Assembly (NCBI GenBank): GCA_017475605.1
Contig: JAFVFD010000005.1
Location: 383,726 to 415,725 of the forward strand
Direction of reading: 5' to 3'
From: Alphaproteobacteria bacterium
GTDB lineage: Bacteria; Pseudomonadota; Alphaproteobacteria; Rs-D84
DNA length: 32,000 bases
The notes under the pieces are model-generated. The model did no database searches and was not told where the DNA came from. It saw only the letters and a program-made list of their open reading frames with translations. Below, piece after piece: positions 9,708 through 16,846 of the stretch (the first letter of the stretch is position 1; every line of letters begins with the position of its first letter). The position numbers were made by a program, and so were the translations under genes.

Positions 9708-9737
9708 ATAAAAAATCCGCAAATTGCGGATTCTTTA
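9708..9737. terminator. Bidirectional rho-independent terminator
   Basis: AATCCGC-aaatt-GCGGATT is flanked by an A-run and a T-run, between the convergent genes ending at 9695 (+) and 9738 (-). Confidence 0.7.
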
Positions 9738-10361
9738 TTATTTAATTTTATCTTTTGTGTGCCGTTTTAGGCATTTGCGACTGAAATAAAACTGCTGCTG
9801 GCATAATGTGCCGCGGCGTGTGCCATGACAATATGAACATTCGCCACCGCGTTGTTCGCATTCTTCGCCACATGGAACCACGTGCTGACCATGCTTGATT
9901 ACGGCATGTCCAAGAAACACCGATTTTAAAAATGTTTTTTGTGAACCGTCTTCGAATACAAGCGCGACTTGTTCAACAGGATTGGCCTTGGTCGGCTTTA
10001 TTGTGCGGTATGATTTAATGCGGTACGACATTTTTTGTATCCCGCGTTCAAATTTTGGCTTTTCCTGGCCAAAGTTATGTGGTTTGTACGCATAAACAAA
10101 TTGTTCTTGGCACGCAATTTGTGGAACATTGTTGGTTCGCGGACCCATGGGCCGCCAAGTGCAGTTGCCATTTTCGTCCGGGCCATTACAGCGGCTGCGG
10201 CATGATTCTATTACCATTCCGGGTTTAATTTGCGCATAGCCTTTCTTTTCTGTCTTTTTGATAAGGCGGCACGAACCATCGGCAAAATCAACAATCCAAC
10301 CAGTGCGCCGTTTTTTTACCGAAGAAATAGTGCGTTTTGCAGATTCTTTAAAAGATGTCAT
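9738..10361 (-). CDS. Hypothetical basic cytoplasmic protein made of two tandem Cys-rich modules
   Basis: The 207-aa product has an internal duplication visible by eye. One copy reads WIVDFADGSCRLIKK..YAQIKPGMVIESC..C..C...CQEQFVYAYK. The other reads VALVFEDGSQKTFLK..HAVIKHGQHVVPC..C..C..CH...CQQQFYFSRK. The gene has its own promoter and an AGGA RBS. Confidence 0.65.
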   Translation of the reverse strand: MTSFKESAKRTISSVKKRRTGWIVDFADGSCRLIKKTEKKGYAQIKPGMVIESCRSRCNGPDENGNCTWRPMGPRTNNVPQIACQEQFVYAYKPHNFGQEKPKFERGIQKMSYRIKSYRTIKPTKANPVEQVALVFEDGSQKTFLKSVFLGHAVIKHGQHVVPCGEECEQRGGECSYCHGTRRGTLCQQQFYFSRKCLKRHTKDKIK

Positions 10362-10393
10362 TTGTGATTCCTGTTTTAGTATTTTATTTGCTT

Positions 10394-10421
10394 AATATAA
10401 TACAAAATATTATTTTGTCAA
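10394..10421 (-). promoter_or_regulatory. Candidate sigma70 promoter for the 207-aa gene
   Basis: On the minus strand: TTGACA (10421-10416), a 16-nt spacer, TATATT (10399-10394), about 30 nt upstream of ATG 10361. Confidence 0.45.
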
Positions 10422-10446
10422 ACAAAATAAGAAAAAATAATAAGCA

Positions 10447-11112
10447 TTATGCGCGGGTGAAACTGTCGCGGATAAATTGGGCAATTGTTGCGTCCGCAAC
10501 GGTGCCGTCCAAGATTATGGTTGCCCAAGTTGCCTTGTTCATGTGGTATGCGGGGTAAAAACCGCGCTTTTTTAATAATTTTTCTGTCTGGGTGGAATCG
10601 ATTTTAATGTTGATAATATCAACGGTTTCAGTCGGTTTGGCACGTGGGTTTAATTTATTCAGTGGAATATTCGCAATTAACGCAAACCATTTGCGATTAT
10701 CGGTGCGGCGAAAAACAGCAAATGATGGGTATTTTTCCCATAAAAATTCGGGGCCAACATTAAATTCGTTAAAAATAAATGCGGCGGCATGGCGGGCGGC
10801 ATCGGATGCAAAATGTTGATTTATTGCGCAATTGTCGCGTATGTCAGTTAATATTCCGATATATCTTTCGCGTATATCGGCGGCATATCCAATATCGTTT
10901 TCCATGCGAAAGTTTGTATATTCCGCATCAATAGATTTATCAATAATTGTGCCTGATATCTTATTTCGTGAATATTCAATGATAACCCGAAAATTGCCAC
11001 GCGACATATCAACCGAATATACTAGTTTTTTACCGTCCCGAACGAAGCCGTATTTTTCCAGTCGCGCCGGCACAATCAAATAATTCGAAAAAACATCGGT
11101 TTCAATCGACAT
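10447..11112 (-). CDS. MmcQ/YjbR-family protein (C-terminal domain) with an unknown N-terminal domain
   Basis: The C-terminal half reads KYPSFAVFRRTDNRKWFALIANIP...GFYPAYHMNKATWATIILDGTV, which matches the YjbR/MmcQ pattern (..KWFA.., ..HMNK..W..v.LDG..). Confidence 0.7.
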   Translation of the reverse strand: MSIETDVFSNYLIVPARLEKYGFVRDGKKLVYSVDMSRGNFRVIIEYSRNKISGTIIDKSIDAEYTNFRMENDIGYAADIRERYIGILTDIRDNCAINQHFASDAARHAAAFIFNEFNVGPEFLWEKYPSFAVFRRTDNRKWFALIANIPLNKLNPRAKPTETVDIINIKIDSTQTEKLLKKRGFYPAYHMNKATWATIILDGTVADATIAQFIRDSFTRA

Positions 11113-11119
11113 AGATACA

Positions 11120-11128
11120 ATTATATCA
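11120..11128 (-). promoter_or_regulatory. Extended -10 element TGATATAAT, 7 nt upstream of the MmcQ-like ATG
   Basis: The minus strand reads TGATATAAT-tgtatct-ATG(11112). No SD is present. Confidence 0.35.
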
Positions 11129-11156
11129 AAAAATAAAACTACGACAAGCGTAGTTT
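11129..11156 (-). terminator. Rho-independent terminator downstream of tRNA-Val
   Basis: The minus strand reads AAACTACG-cttgt-CGTAGTTT followed by TATTTTTTGA. Confidence 0.6.
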
Positions 11157-11161
11157 ATTCG

Positions 11162-11238
11162 TGGTGGGTGTTAAGAGACTTGAACTCCTGACCCTCTGCG
11201 TGTAAAGCAGATGCTCTAGCCAACTGAGCTAAACACCC
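11162..11238 (-). tRNA. tRNA-Val (anticodon UAC), CCA encoded
   Basis: The reverse complement is GGGTGTTTAGCTCAGTTGGCTAGAGCATCTGCTTTACACGCAGAGGGTCAGGAGTTCAAGTCTCTTAACACCCACCA. It folds as a cloverleaf: 7-bp acceptor stem, GCTC/GAGC D stem, TCTGC/GCAGA anticodon stem with loop TT-TAC-AC, and a TTCAAGT T loop. Confidence 0.95.
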
Positions 11239-11296
11239 ATGTAACCAAGTACAGTGCGCTTATCTTAAATCATTTTTTTTGCGCTGTCCAGTTTTT

Positions 11297-11734
11297 TTAT
11301 TTGTGTTCGGTATCCATGACGGCGGTAAATGTGGCCTCGGCAACCTTCTTGCCGGAAACCATCGCGATTCCATGAAACTTATAAAGGCGCATTTTTGTCA
11401 TTACCAGTTCAACATGTAATTCCAATGTATCGCCAGGCATTACCATATGGGAAAACTTGATACGTTCCATTGTGGTGAAATAGCCCAATGTTTTGCCATC
11501 GTCCATGTGCAGATGCTTTAATGCCAAAAAGCACGCGGTCTGGGCCAGTGCCTCGATTTGTAAAACACCGGGCATGATTGGCTTGCCCGGGAAATGCCCC
11601 GCGCACCAAAATTCGTCATCGCGGACATATTTAATGCCGACCGCGCTGGTTTCTGTAAATTCGCGGATTTCGTCCACCATGCGCATATTGCCACGATGTG
11701 GAATTACCGCTTCGATTCCCTTGGCATCTATCAT
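11297..11734 (-). CDS. fabZ: 3-hydroxyacyl-ACP dehydratase FabZ
   Basis: The product contains [19 protein letters not shown], the hotdog-fold active-site motif. An ATGA overlap joins it to the lpxD stop. Confidence 0.95.
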   Translation of the reverse strand: MIDAKGIEAVIPHRGNMRMVDEIREFTETSAVGIKYVRDDEFWCAGHFPGKPIMPGVLQIEALAQTACFLALKHLHMDDGKTLGYFTTMERIKFSHMVMPGDTLELHVELVMTKMRLYKFHGIAMVSGKKVAEATFTAVMDTEHK

Positions 11735-12789
11735 TTTTTGCCCGTTGTTTTTTTATAATTATTCTTGGCCCACGCATAAAGACGCAGGTATTCCGTTCCA
11801 GATGATGCGGGGTATCCCAGTTGCCGATCGCCGTCTGGAACATTACGCAATACACCCGATTGTGCACCAATTTCGGCATCGTTGCCAATATGAATGCCGT
11901 TTGCCACACCAACATGGCCGCCCAATAATGCGCGGTCGCCAACAACCGTTCCGCCGGCCTGACCCACACCCGCCGCCAAGAAACATTCAGACCCCACAAC
12001 GACACCATGCGCAATCTGGACCAGGTTATCAATTTTTGTTCCATCGCCAATTGTTGTGTCGGTCATCGCACCACGATCAATACATGTGTTCGCACCAACC
12101 GATACGCGATTTCCAATCACAACACGACCAACATGCGGGATGAATACATTGTGGCCGTCTTGACGGGTATAGCCAAATCCGTCTTTGCCGATAACGGCAT
12201 TTGGGTTAATAACACAGTCCGCACCAATGGTCGCATTTTCAATGTGTGCACCACTTTTAATAATTGTTCCGCGGCCAATTGTTACATTACGACCAATAAA
12301 TACATTTGGGTAAATCTTGACATCGCTTTCAATTACCGCGCCGCGTTCTATTGTGGCAAATTGTCCAACATACACAGTGCTTTTTTTACGGAAAAATACA
12401 CCGCGGTCGATATGTGCATCGTGGCTTATACCAAAACGTGGTTTTTCGCGGTATATTTCGCCTAATATTTTAACGATATATCCGCGTGGCGTGTCGGTAA
12501 TAAGTAATGTGCGACCCGCAGGTGCGTGTTCGGCCATTTCAGGCTGTACCAAAATCACCGATGCACGTGTGTTTTCCAATACAGATATAGGCAATATTTT
12601 AAATGCTGCGCTGTTCTGTTCGGTTGAATAGAATGCCAATTGTCCAGGCTTTGCATCCGCAATAGGTGCAACACCACGAATAATTGTGTTTTTGTCGCCA
12701 CGCAATTCAAGCCCGAATTTCGCGGCAATTTCACCCGCGGTCATTTTTGTTGCCGCCGGTGCTAATAAAGATCTAATTATATTTAACAT
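11731..12789 (-). CDS. lpxD: UDP-3-O-acylglucosamine N-acyltransferase LpxD
   Basis: The N-terminal domain ([14 protein letters not shown]...AKPGQLAF) is followed by many hexapeptide (left-handed beta-helix) repeats. The lpxD-fabZ order is conserved. An alternative start is M16 (ATG 12744). Confidence 0.93.
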   Translation of the reverse strand: MLNIIRSLLAPAATKMTAGEIAAKFGLELRGDKNTIIRGVAPIADAKPGQLAFYSTEQNSAAFKILPISVLENTRASVILVQPEMAEHAPAGRTLLITDTPRGYIVKILGEIYREKPRFGISHDAHIDRGVFFRKKSTVYVGQFATIERGAVIESDVKIYPNVFIGRNVTIGRGTIIKSGAHIENATIGADCVINPNAVIGKDGFGYTRQDGHNVFIPHVGRVVIGNRVSVGANTCIDRGAMTDTTIGDGTKIDNLVQIAHGVVVGSECFLAAGVGQAGGTVVGDRALLGGHVGVANGIHIGNDAEIGAQSGVLRNVPDGDRQLGYPASSGTEYLRLYAWAKNNYKKTTGKK

Positions 12790-12841
12790 ATGCGAATTAT
12801 AGACAATGAATTACTAAATTAAAAGCAAATATTATATAAAC

Positions 12842-12870
12842 AAAAAACACCGCGATATGCGGTGTTTTTA
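12842..12870 (-). terminator. Rho-independent terminator between skp and lpxD
   Basis: The minus strand reads ACACCGC-atatc-GCGGTGT followed by TTTTTTG, 20 nt after the skp stop. Confidence 0.7.
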
Positions 12871-12889
12871 AGTATTTGTCGGGTTAAGA

Positions 12890-13558
12890 TTAAAAACCTT
12901 TTGGTTTTTCCATCTTGACGGCGGATACTTTTTTATCCAACGCGGACACAACGTCGTTTGTGATGTCCAAGTTTTCAGTGCCGGCACCCATACGTGCGAA
13001 ACGGCCATCAATTACCAAGGACAAATTTTTCTTGGCAATAATACCTTCGATAACTGGATCCAAGTGTTTTGTTTGGATTTCTGCCAATGCCTTTTGGAAC
13101 GATGCTTCAATTGACTGTGCGCGTTCGTTCAAATCGCGTTGTAATTTTGTAACGCGGTTTTGATAGTCAACAACACGACGTTGCAACGCATCACGCGACA
13201 AAACATCTTGTGATTTTTCAATGTCGGCTTTTTCTTTTTCTAATTTCTTTTGTTCAGCCGTTAATTCATCACGCAATTTTGATTCGTATGATTCGCGTTG
13301 TTTGCGCAAATCTTGTAATACGTGTGAATCTGTCTGGATTGCGTCCATACGAACAATTGCCATGCGCAAATCTGCGCCGGTTACTGCATCTGGGGATACA
13401 GATTCAATAGCCTTGTCCACAGAAACGCCACCGCGATTGCTTATTGCGGAAACAGCCCAAATACCCAAAATCGCCACCACCACGACAATAGCCGCGACAA
13501 TGCCCATTTTAGCGTAGTTTTTTGTTGGTTGATTTGATTTTGTTTGTACCATTTTCAT
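12890..13558 (-). CDS. skp: OmpH/Skp-family periplasmic chaperone
   Basis: An N-terminal hydrophobic segment is followed by a long Lys/Glu/Gln-rich coiled-coil (LRKQRESYESKLRDELTAEQKKLEKEKADIEKSQD...). The gene sits directly upstream of lpxD. An alternative start is ATG 13552. Confidence 0.8.
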   Translation of the reverse strand: MKMVQTKSNQPTKNYAKMGIVAAIVVVVAILGIWAVSAISNRGGVSVDKAIESVSPDAVTGADLRMAIVRMDAIQTDSHVLQDLRKQRESYESKLRDELTAEQKKLEKEKADIEKSQDVLSRDALQRRVVDYQNRVTKLQRDLNERAQSIEASFQKALAEIQTKHLDPVIEGIIAKKNLSLVIDGRFARMGAGTENLDITNDVVSALDKKVSAVKMEKPKGF

Positions 13559-13634
13559 TCCTTTGTTTTGTTCGAAAATACTATAGCAATAAAAAAGGAA
13601 AAGTAAAATGGAAAGTTAGCCCACCATTGCCACA

Positions 13635-14312
13635 TTATCGCACCGGTGAAATACGAATTTCAACACGACGATTGGTAAGGCGGCCTATGTCGTCCTGGGC
13701 GGCAATGGGACGTGCCGCGCCACGTCCAACAATGAAAAGTCGTTGGGGAATAATACCATGTTGGGCAAAATAAACACCGGTGCGCATCGCCATATCGTTC
13801 GACAATGCCGCCGCCGCCCGCGAATCACGCGTTGCATCGGTATAGCCCGCAATTTCAATAAATGTCGCATCGTATTTATTAAGTAATTTAGAAATTGTTT
13901 TTAGTGTGTCTGCACCATCGGCGGAAATATCCGCAACACTCATTTCCATTATCGCACCACGAACCAAGATGATAACGACATCTGTGCCGGCGCGTTGGAC
14001 GGAAATGCCAGGCTTGCGCAACGCGTCATACAGTGCAAATTCAAGGTCGGACATATATGCCAATGCCAACGCATTATCATCGCCATATTCCAATTTTGCG
14101 GCATGTTCCGATTGTGCAACCAGTTTTCCGCCCGCCCCAAGATATACTGGCTTTTTTGCGATGCGTGTTGTTTCGGTCATATCGGTTAAACTTGCCCCAC
14201 GCAGATATGTTGGCCATGTATTGCGCGCCGGACTGTGATATGTTGCGCATCCAAATAATGTGCAACAAATTAAACCATAAAAAAGTGTTTTTATATTTTT
14301 CAATTTATTCAA
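13635..14312 (-). CDS. OmpA_C-domain lipoprotein (peptidoglycan-binding), TTG start
   Basis: The start MNKLKNIKTLFYGLICCTLFGC carries a lipobox (LFGC). The C-terminal part (IAGYTDATRD...MAMRTGVYFAQHGI...GRGAARPIA...NRRVEIRI) is an OmpA/MotB-type domain. The gene overlaps the pilin stop by 8 nt. Confidence 0.8.
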   Translation of the reverse strand: MNKLKNIKTLFYGLICCTLFGCATYHSPARNTWPTYLRGASLTDMTETTRIAKKPVYLGAGGKLVAQSEHAAKLEYGDDNALALAYMSDLEFALYDALRKPGISVQRAGTDVVIILVRGAIMEMSVADISADGADTLKTISKLLNKYDATFIEIAGYTDATRDSRAAAALSNDMAMRTGVYFAQHGIIPQRLFIVGRGAARPIAAQDDIGRLTNRRVEIRISPVR

Positions 14313-14763
14313 CTACGAATGAAACCTGGTTGGTTTTGGTTGAAAAGCAATTAGATGCACCGGTGGCTTCCTGGCCGTTTACAAGCACTGTTGTTGCCCA
14401 GGGCTGTTTTTTGATGGAAAAATATTCACATTCGCCAGATGTTAACCCAATAAGGTTGATTGTAAATGCCTTTTCATCATACGTTGGTGATATGGACCAA
14501 TCATCATTCCCAATTGGTGCGCGCGACGATGCCAGTGCGCCCGCCTTGATTAAATAATCAATTGAAACACCGGCATATGATCCGCGTGCGCCAGTCAATA
14601 TTTTTACATTTTTTACAATGCGTTCCAGTTCATGTGATGCCAGTGTGCGTATTTGGCTTTCGCGAAGTTGTCCATATAATTGAACCGCCGCAACCGCCAT
14701 AACGGCACCAATGGCCAACACACCGATTATTTCAATTAATGAACGTCCAGATTCTTGTTTCAT
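14305..14763 (-). CDS. Type IV pilin-like protein (PilA-like, 152 aa)
   Basis: It has a class III signal, MKQESG|RSLIEIIGVLAIGAVMAVAAVQLY, with Gly at -1 and Glu at +5. A C-terminal Cys pair (GECEYF...SNCF) resembles the disulfide loop of type IVa pilins. GGGGGGA lies upstream of ATG 14763, 25 nt after the dnaX stop. Confidence 0.8.
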   Translation of the reverse strand: MKQESGRSLIEIIGVLAIGAVMAVAAVQLYGQLRESQIRTLASHELERIVKNVKILTGARGSYAGVSIDYLIKAGALASSRAPIGNDDWSISPTYDEKAFTINLIGLTSGECEYFSIKKQPWATTVLVNGQEATGASNCFSTKTNQVSFVVE

Positions 14764-14788
14764 AATTTCCCCCCAGTCTTTTAACAAT

Positions 14789-16330
14789 TTATTTTGTTGA
14801 ACCTACAATTTCAGCACCTTCAAATAAACTCATCGCATCGGCAATCATTGGGTCTGATTCCAATTCAGCCAATTTCTTTTCAGATACCGTTTGTACATGT
14901 TCAGATTTTTCTTCGCGAACCAATGTCCAATTTTTACCGGTTTTTTCATTTAACCATGTCGCCAATTTGTGTGCGAATTCGGCATCGGTACCGCGATCAA
15001 AATAGGTTATTTTTGTATCTGCGAATTCCGAAACTTCGATATTATTTGTATAGTATGAATAGAGTAAAATTTCCTTTGCGGACTGTAACGCAGATGCTAA
15101 TTCTGTTGCAGATGAAATCGTTATAGTCTTTGGTTTTTCGGGTGCCGCGACAGGCTTTTGTGGTGCCGGTGCGGTAACTGGTGCGGATGGTTGTTTCTTT
15201 AATATTTCGGCCACAGATGGCATTTCAGCAATATGCATCATGCGCACAATCAACATGTCAAAACATTGTTTCGGATTGCCCGTCGCCATCATTTCAGGCA
15301 CAGACGCAACCATAACCTGCCACAGACGCGAAAGGGTGTTTAACGATACGCGGGAATCAATATCGCGAATTTTTGCGCGTTGATCAGCGGTATATGGCGC
15401 ACCCGCCGCATCGCCCATACGAACAGCCGGATGCATACGTGTTGCCCAATGTGTCCATTCCATCATGTCGGTAAGTAACATAGATAAATCTGCACCGTTG
15501 TTATATATGGAATCTATTTTTTCCAACGCGGTTGCTGTATCGCCCCCCAACACAGTTTCCATTACATCCATAACAACACCACGATCGGCGCGTTTAAGCA
15601 TGTTTAATACAGATACCTCGTCAACATGGCCACCTGTTTGGGCGATGGCCTGGTCAAGCAAAGACAATCCATCACGCACAGAACCGTCCGCGGCGCGTGC
15701 CAACAATTCATTTGCGCCATCTGATAATTCAATTTTTTCTTGTTCCGCAATCCACGCAAAATGTTTTTTCAATGTATCGATTGGAACACGTACCAAATCA
15801 AAGCGCTGACAACGGGACAAAATCGTAACAGGTACTTTTCTTATTTCGGTGGTTGCCAAAATAAAGATTACATGTGCAGGTGGTTCTTCCAATGTTTTAA
15901 GCAACGCATTAAATGCGCTTTGTGATAACATGTGGACTTCGTCGATAATATAAACCTTGTACCGACCATTTGTTGGACGATATTGTACCGCGTCCAATAT
16001 TTCGCGCATATTATCAACACCGGTATGTGATGCGGCATCAATTTCCAAAACATCGATATGTTGCCCCGCGGCAATTGCGCGACAATTTTCGCAAACACCA
16101 CATGGCGTGGCCGTTGGTCCATCGGACGATAAACAATTCAAAGCCTTGGCCAGAATACGTGCGGTACTGGTTTTACCAGTTCCACGAATGCCCGTAAAAA
16201 TATATGCGTGTGCTATACGGCCGGTATTAATTGCGGTGGTAAGTGTTTTTACCAAAACATCCTGGCCGATAAGAGAGTTGAAATCTTGACTGCGATATTT
16301 GCGGGCTAAAACTGTATAACTGGTATCCAT
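14789..16330 (-). CDS. dnaX: DNA polymerase III subunit tau/gamma
   Basis: The product has ARKYRSQDFNSLIGQD, Walker A GIRGTGKTSTARILAKALNC, the zinc module CGVCENCRAI, and box VII/sensor motifs (IIDEVHMLS, SRCQRF). AAGGAAG serves as RBS. Confidence 0.95.
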   Translation of the reverse strand: MDTSYTVLARKYRSQDFNSLIGQDVLVKTLTTAINTGRIAHAYIFTGIRGTGKTSTARILAKALNCLSSDGPTATPCGVCENCRAIAAGQHIDVLEIDAASHTGVDNMREILDAVQYRPTNGRYKVYIIDEVHMLSQSAFNALLKTLEEPPAHVIFILATTEIRKVPVTILSRCQRFDLVRVPIDTLKKHFAWIAEQEKIELSDGANELLARAADGSVRDGLSLLDQAIAQTGGHVDEVSVLNMLKRADRGVVMDVMETVLGGDTATALEKIDSIYNNGADLSMLLTDMMEWTHWATRMHPAVRMGDAAGAPYTADQRAKIRDIDSRVSLNTLSRLWQVMVASVPEMMATGNPKQCFDMLIVRMMHIAEMPSVAEILKKQPSAPVTAPAPQKPVAAPEKPKTITISSATELASALQSAKEILLYSYYTNNIEVSEFADTKITYFDRGTDAEFAHKLATWLNEKTGKNWTLVREEKSEHVQTVSEKKLAELESDPMIADAMSLFEGAEIVGSTK

Positions 16331-16406
16331 GCTAACTTCCTTTTATGGCAAGAATAGCAAACCCCAGTCGAATTTCAACAACAAATATATTATTTTATTG
16401 GGATGA

Positions 16407-16703
16407 TTATTTAAGGTTTTCGATAAAGTCCGGTAATGGTATTTCTTCTTCTTCGGAAGATTCCGCCACATCCGCCGGCACATCAGGGATTTTTTCATTC
16501 GCCCCGCGTGAAGAATCGATTTTTTCTTGTTCGGCATTAACAATACGGCCATAGTGTTCCGCCGCCTGGAGCAAGCGTTCGCGTTCGATTTCATCAGATG
16601 TCTGACGCGCCTGGTCGATAAGTTGTTTTCTTTTCTGACGCCATTTATGACAGCGTTGAATCATTTGCCCAACATTAGACGTTTGATTTTTTTTGTTTTG
16701 CAT
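16407..16703 (-). CDS. DUF4167-like small protein (alphaproteobacterial)
   Basis: NQTSNVGQMIQRCHKW..LIDQARQTSDEIERERLLQAAEHYGRIVNA parallels the DUF4167 pattern (..KY..LARDA..GDRV.AENYLQHAEHYYRI). The tail is acidic. I preferred this frame over the overlapping frame 16343-16594. Confidence 0.6.
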   Translation of the reverse strand: MQNKKNQTSNVGQMIQRCHKWRQKRKQLIDQARQTSDEIERERLLQAAEHYGRIVNAEQEKIDSSRGANEKIPDVPADVAESSEEEEIPLPDFIENLK

Positions 16704-16794
16704 GTTCTTTCTTTTTATATAACGGAAAACATTTTGCGAATTTTTACTTTATCCGCATCTAAACATACTTGATTGTAAAGTATCTTAAAACTGA

Positions 16795-16823
16795 TTGCAA
16801 TATTTTTTTTCAATTGCTATTCT
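16795..16823 (+). promoter_or_regulatory. Candidate promoter of the pilin-like operon
   Basis: TTGCAA (16795-16800), a 17-nt spacer, TATTCT (16818-16823). The SD GGGGGGA (16834-16840) and the TTG start at 16847 follow. Confidence 0.35.
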
Positions 16824-16846
16824 GATTGTCGTAGGGGGGATATCTT

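Noticed and set aside
11493-12465. + strand ORFs 11493-12143 and 12007-12465, and minus-strand ORF 11631-12050 in an alternative frame
   Set aside because: They overlap lpxD and fabZ, whose hexapeptide-repeat and hotdog motifs are unambiguous. Repetitive hexapeptide coding typically leaves other frames open.
14789-16330. Programmed -1 frameshift site (A AAA AAG type) in dnaX producing a gamma subunit
   Set aside because: The only A-rich run (..GAA AAA ATT.. near 15730 on the minus strand) is not in the X XXY YYZ phase and has no downstream stem-loop.
16331-16406. Possible SRP (4.5S/ffs) RNA upstream of dnaX, a common position in bacteria
   Set aside because: The spacer is only 76 nt, and neither strand contains the conserved domain IV motifs (GGAAG...CAGCC-type tetraloop helix).
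16343-16594. 83-aa minus-strand ORF overlapping the DUF4167-like gene in another frame
   Set aside because: The 16407-16703 frame carries the DUF4167-like AEHYGRI motif and sensible composition. The alternative frame is Lys/Arg/Met-rich with no motif.
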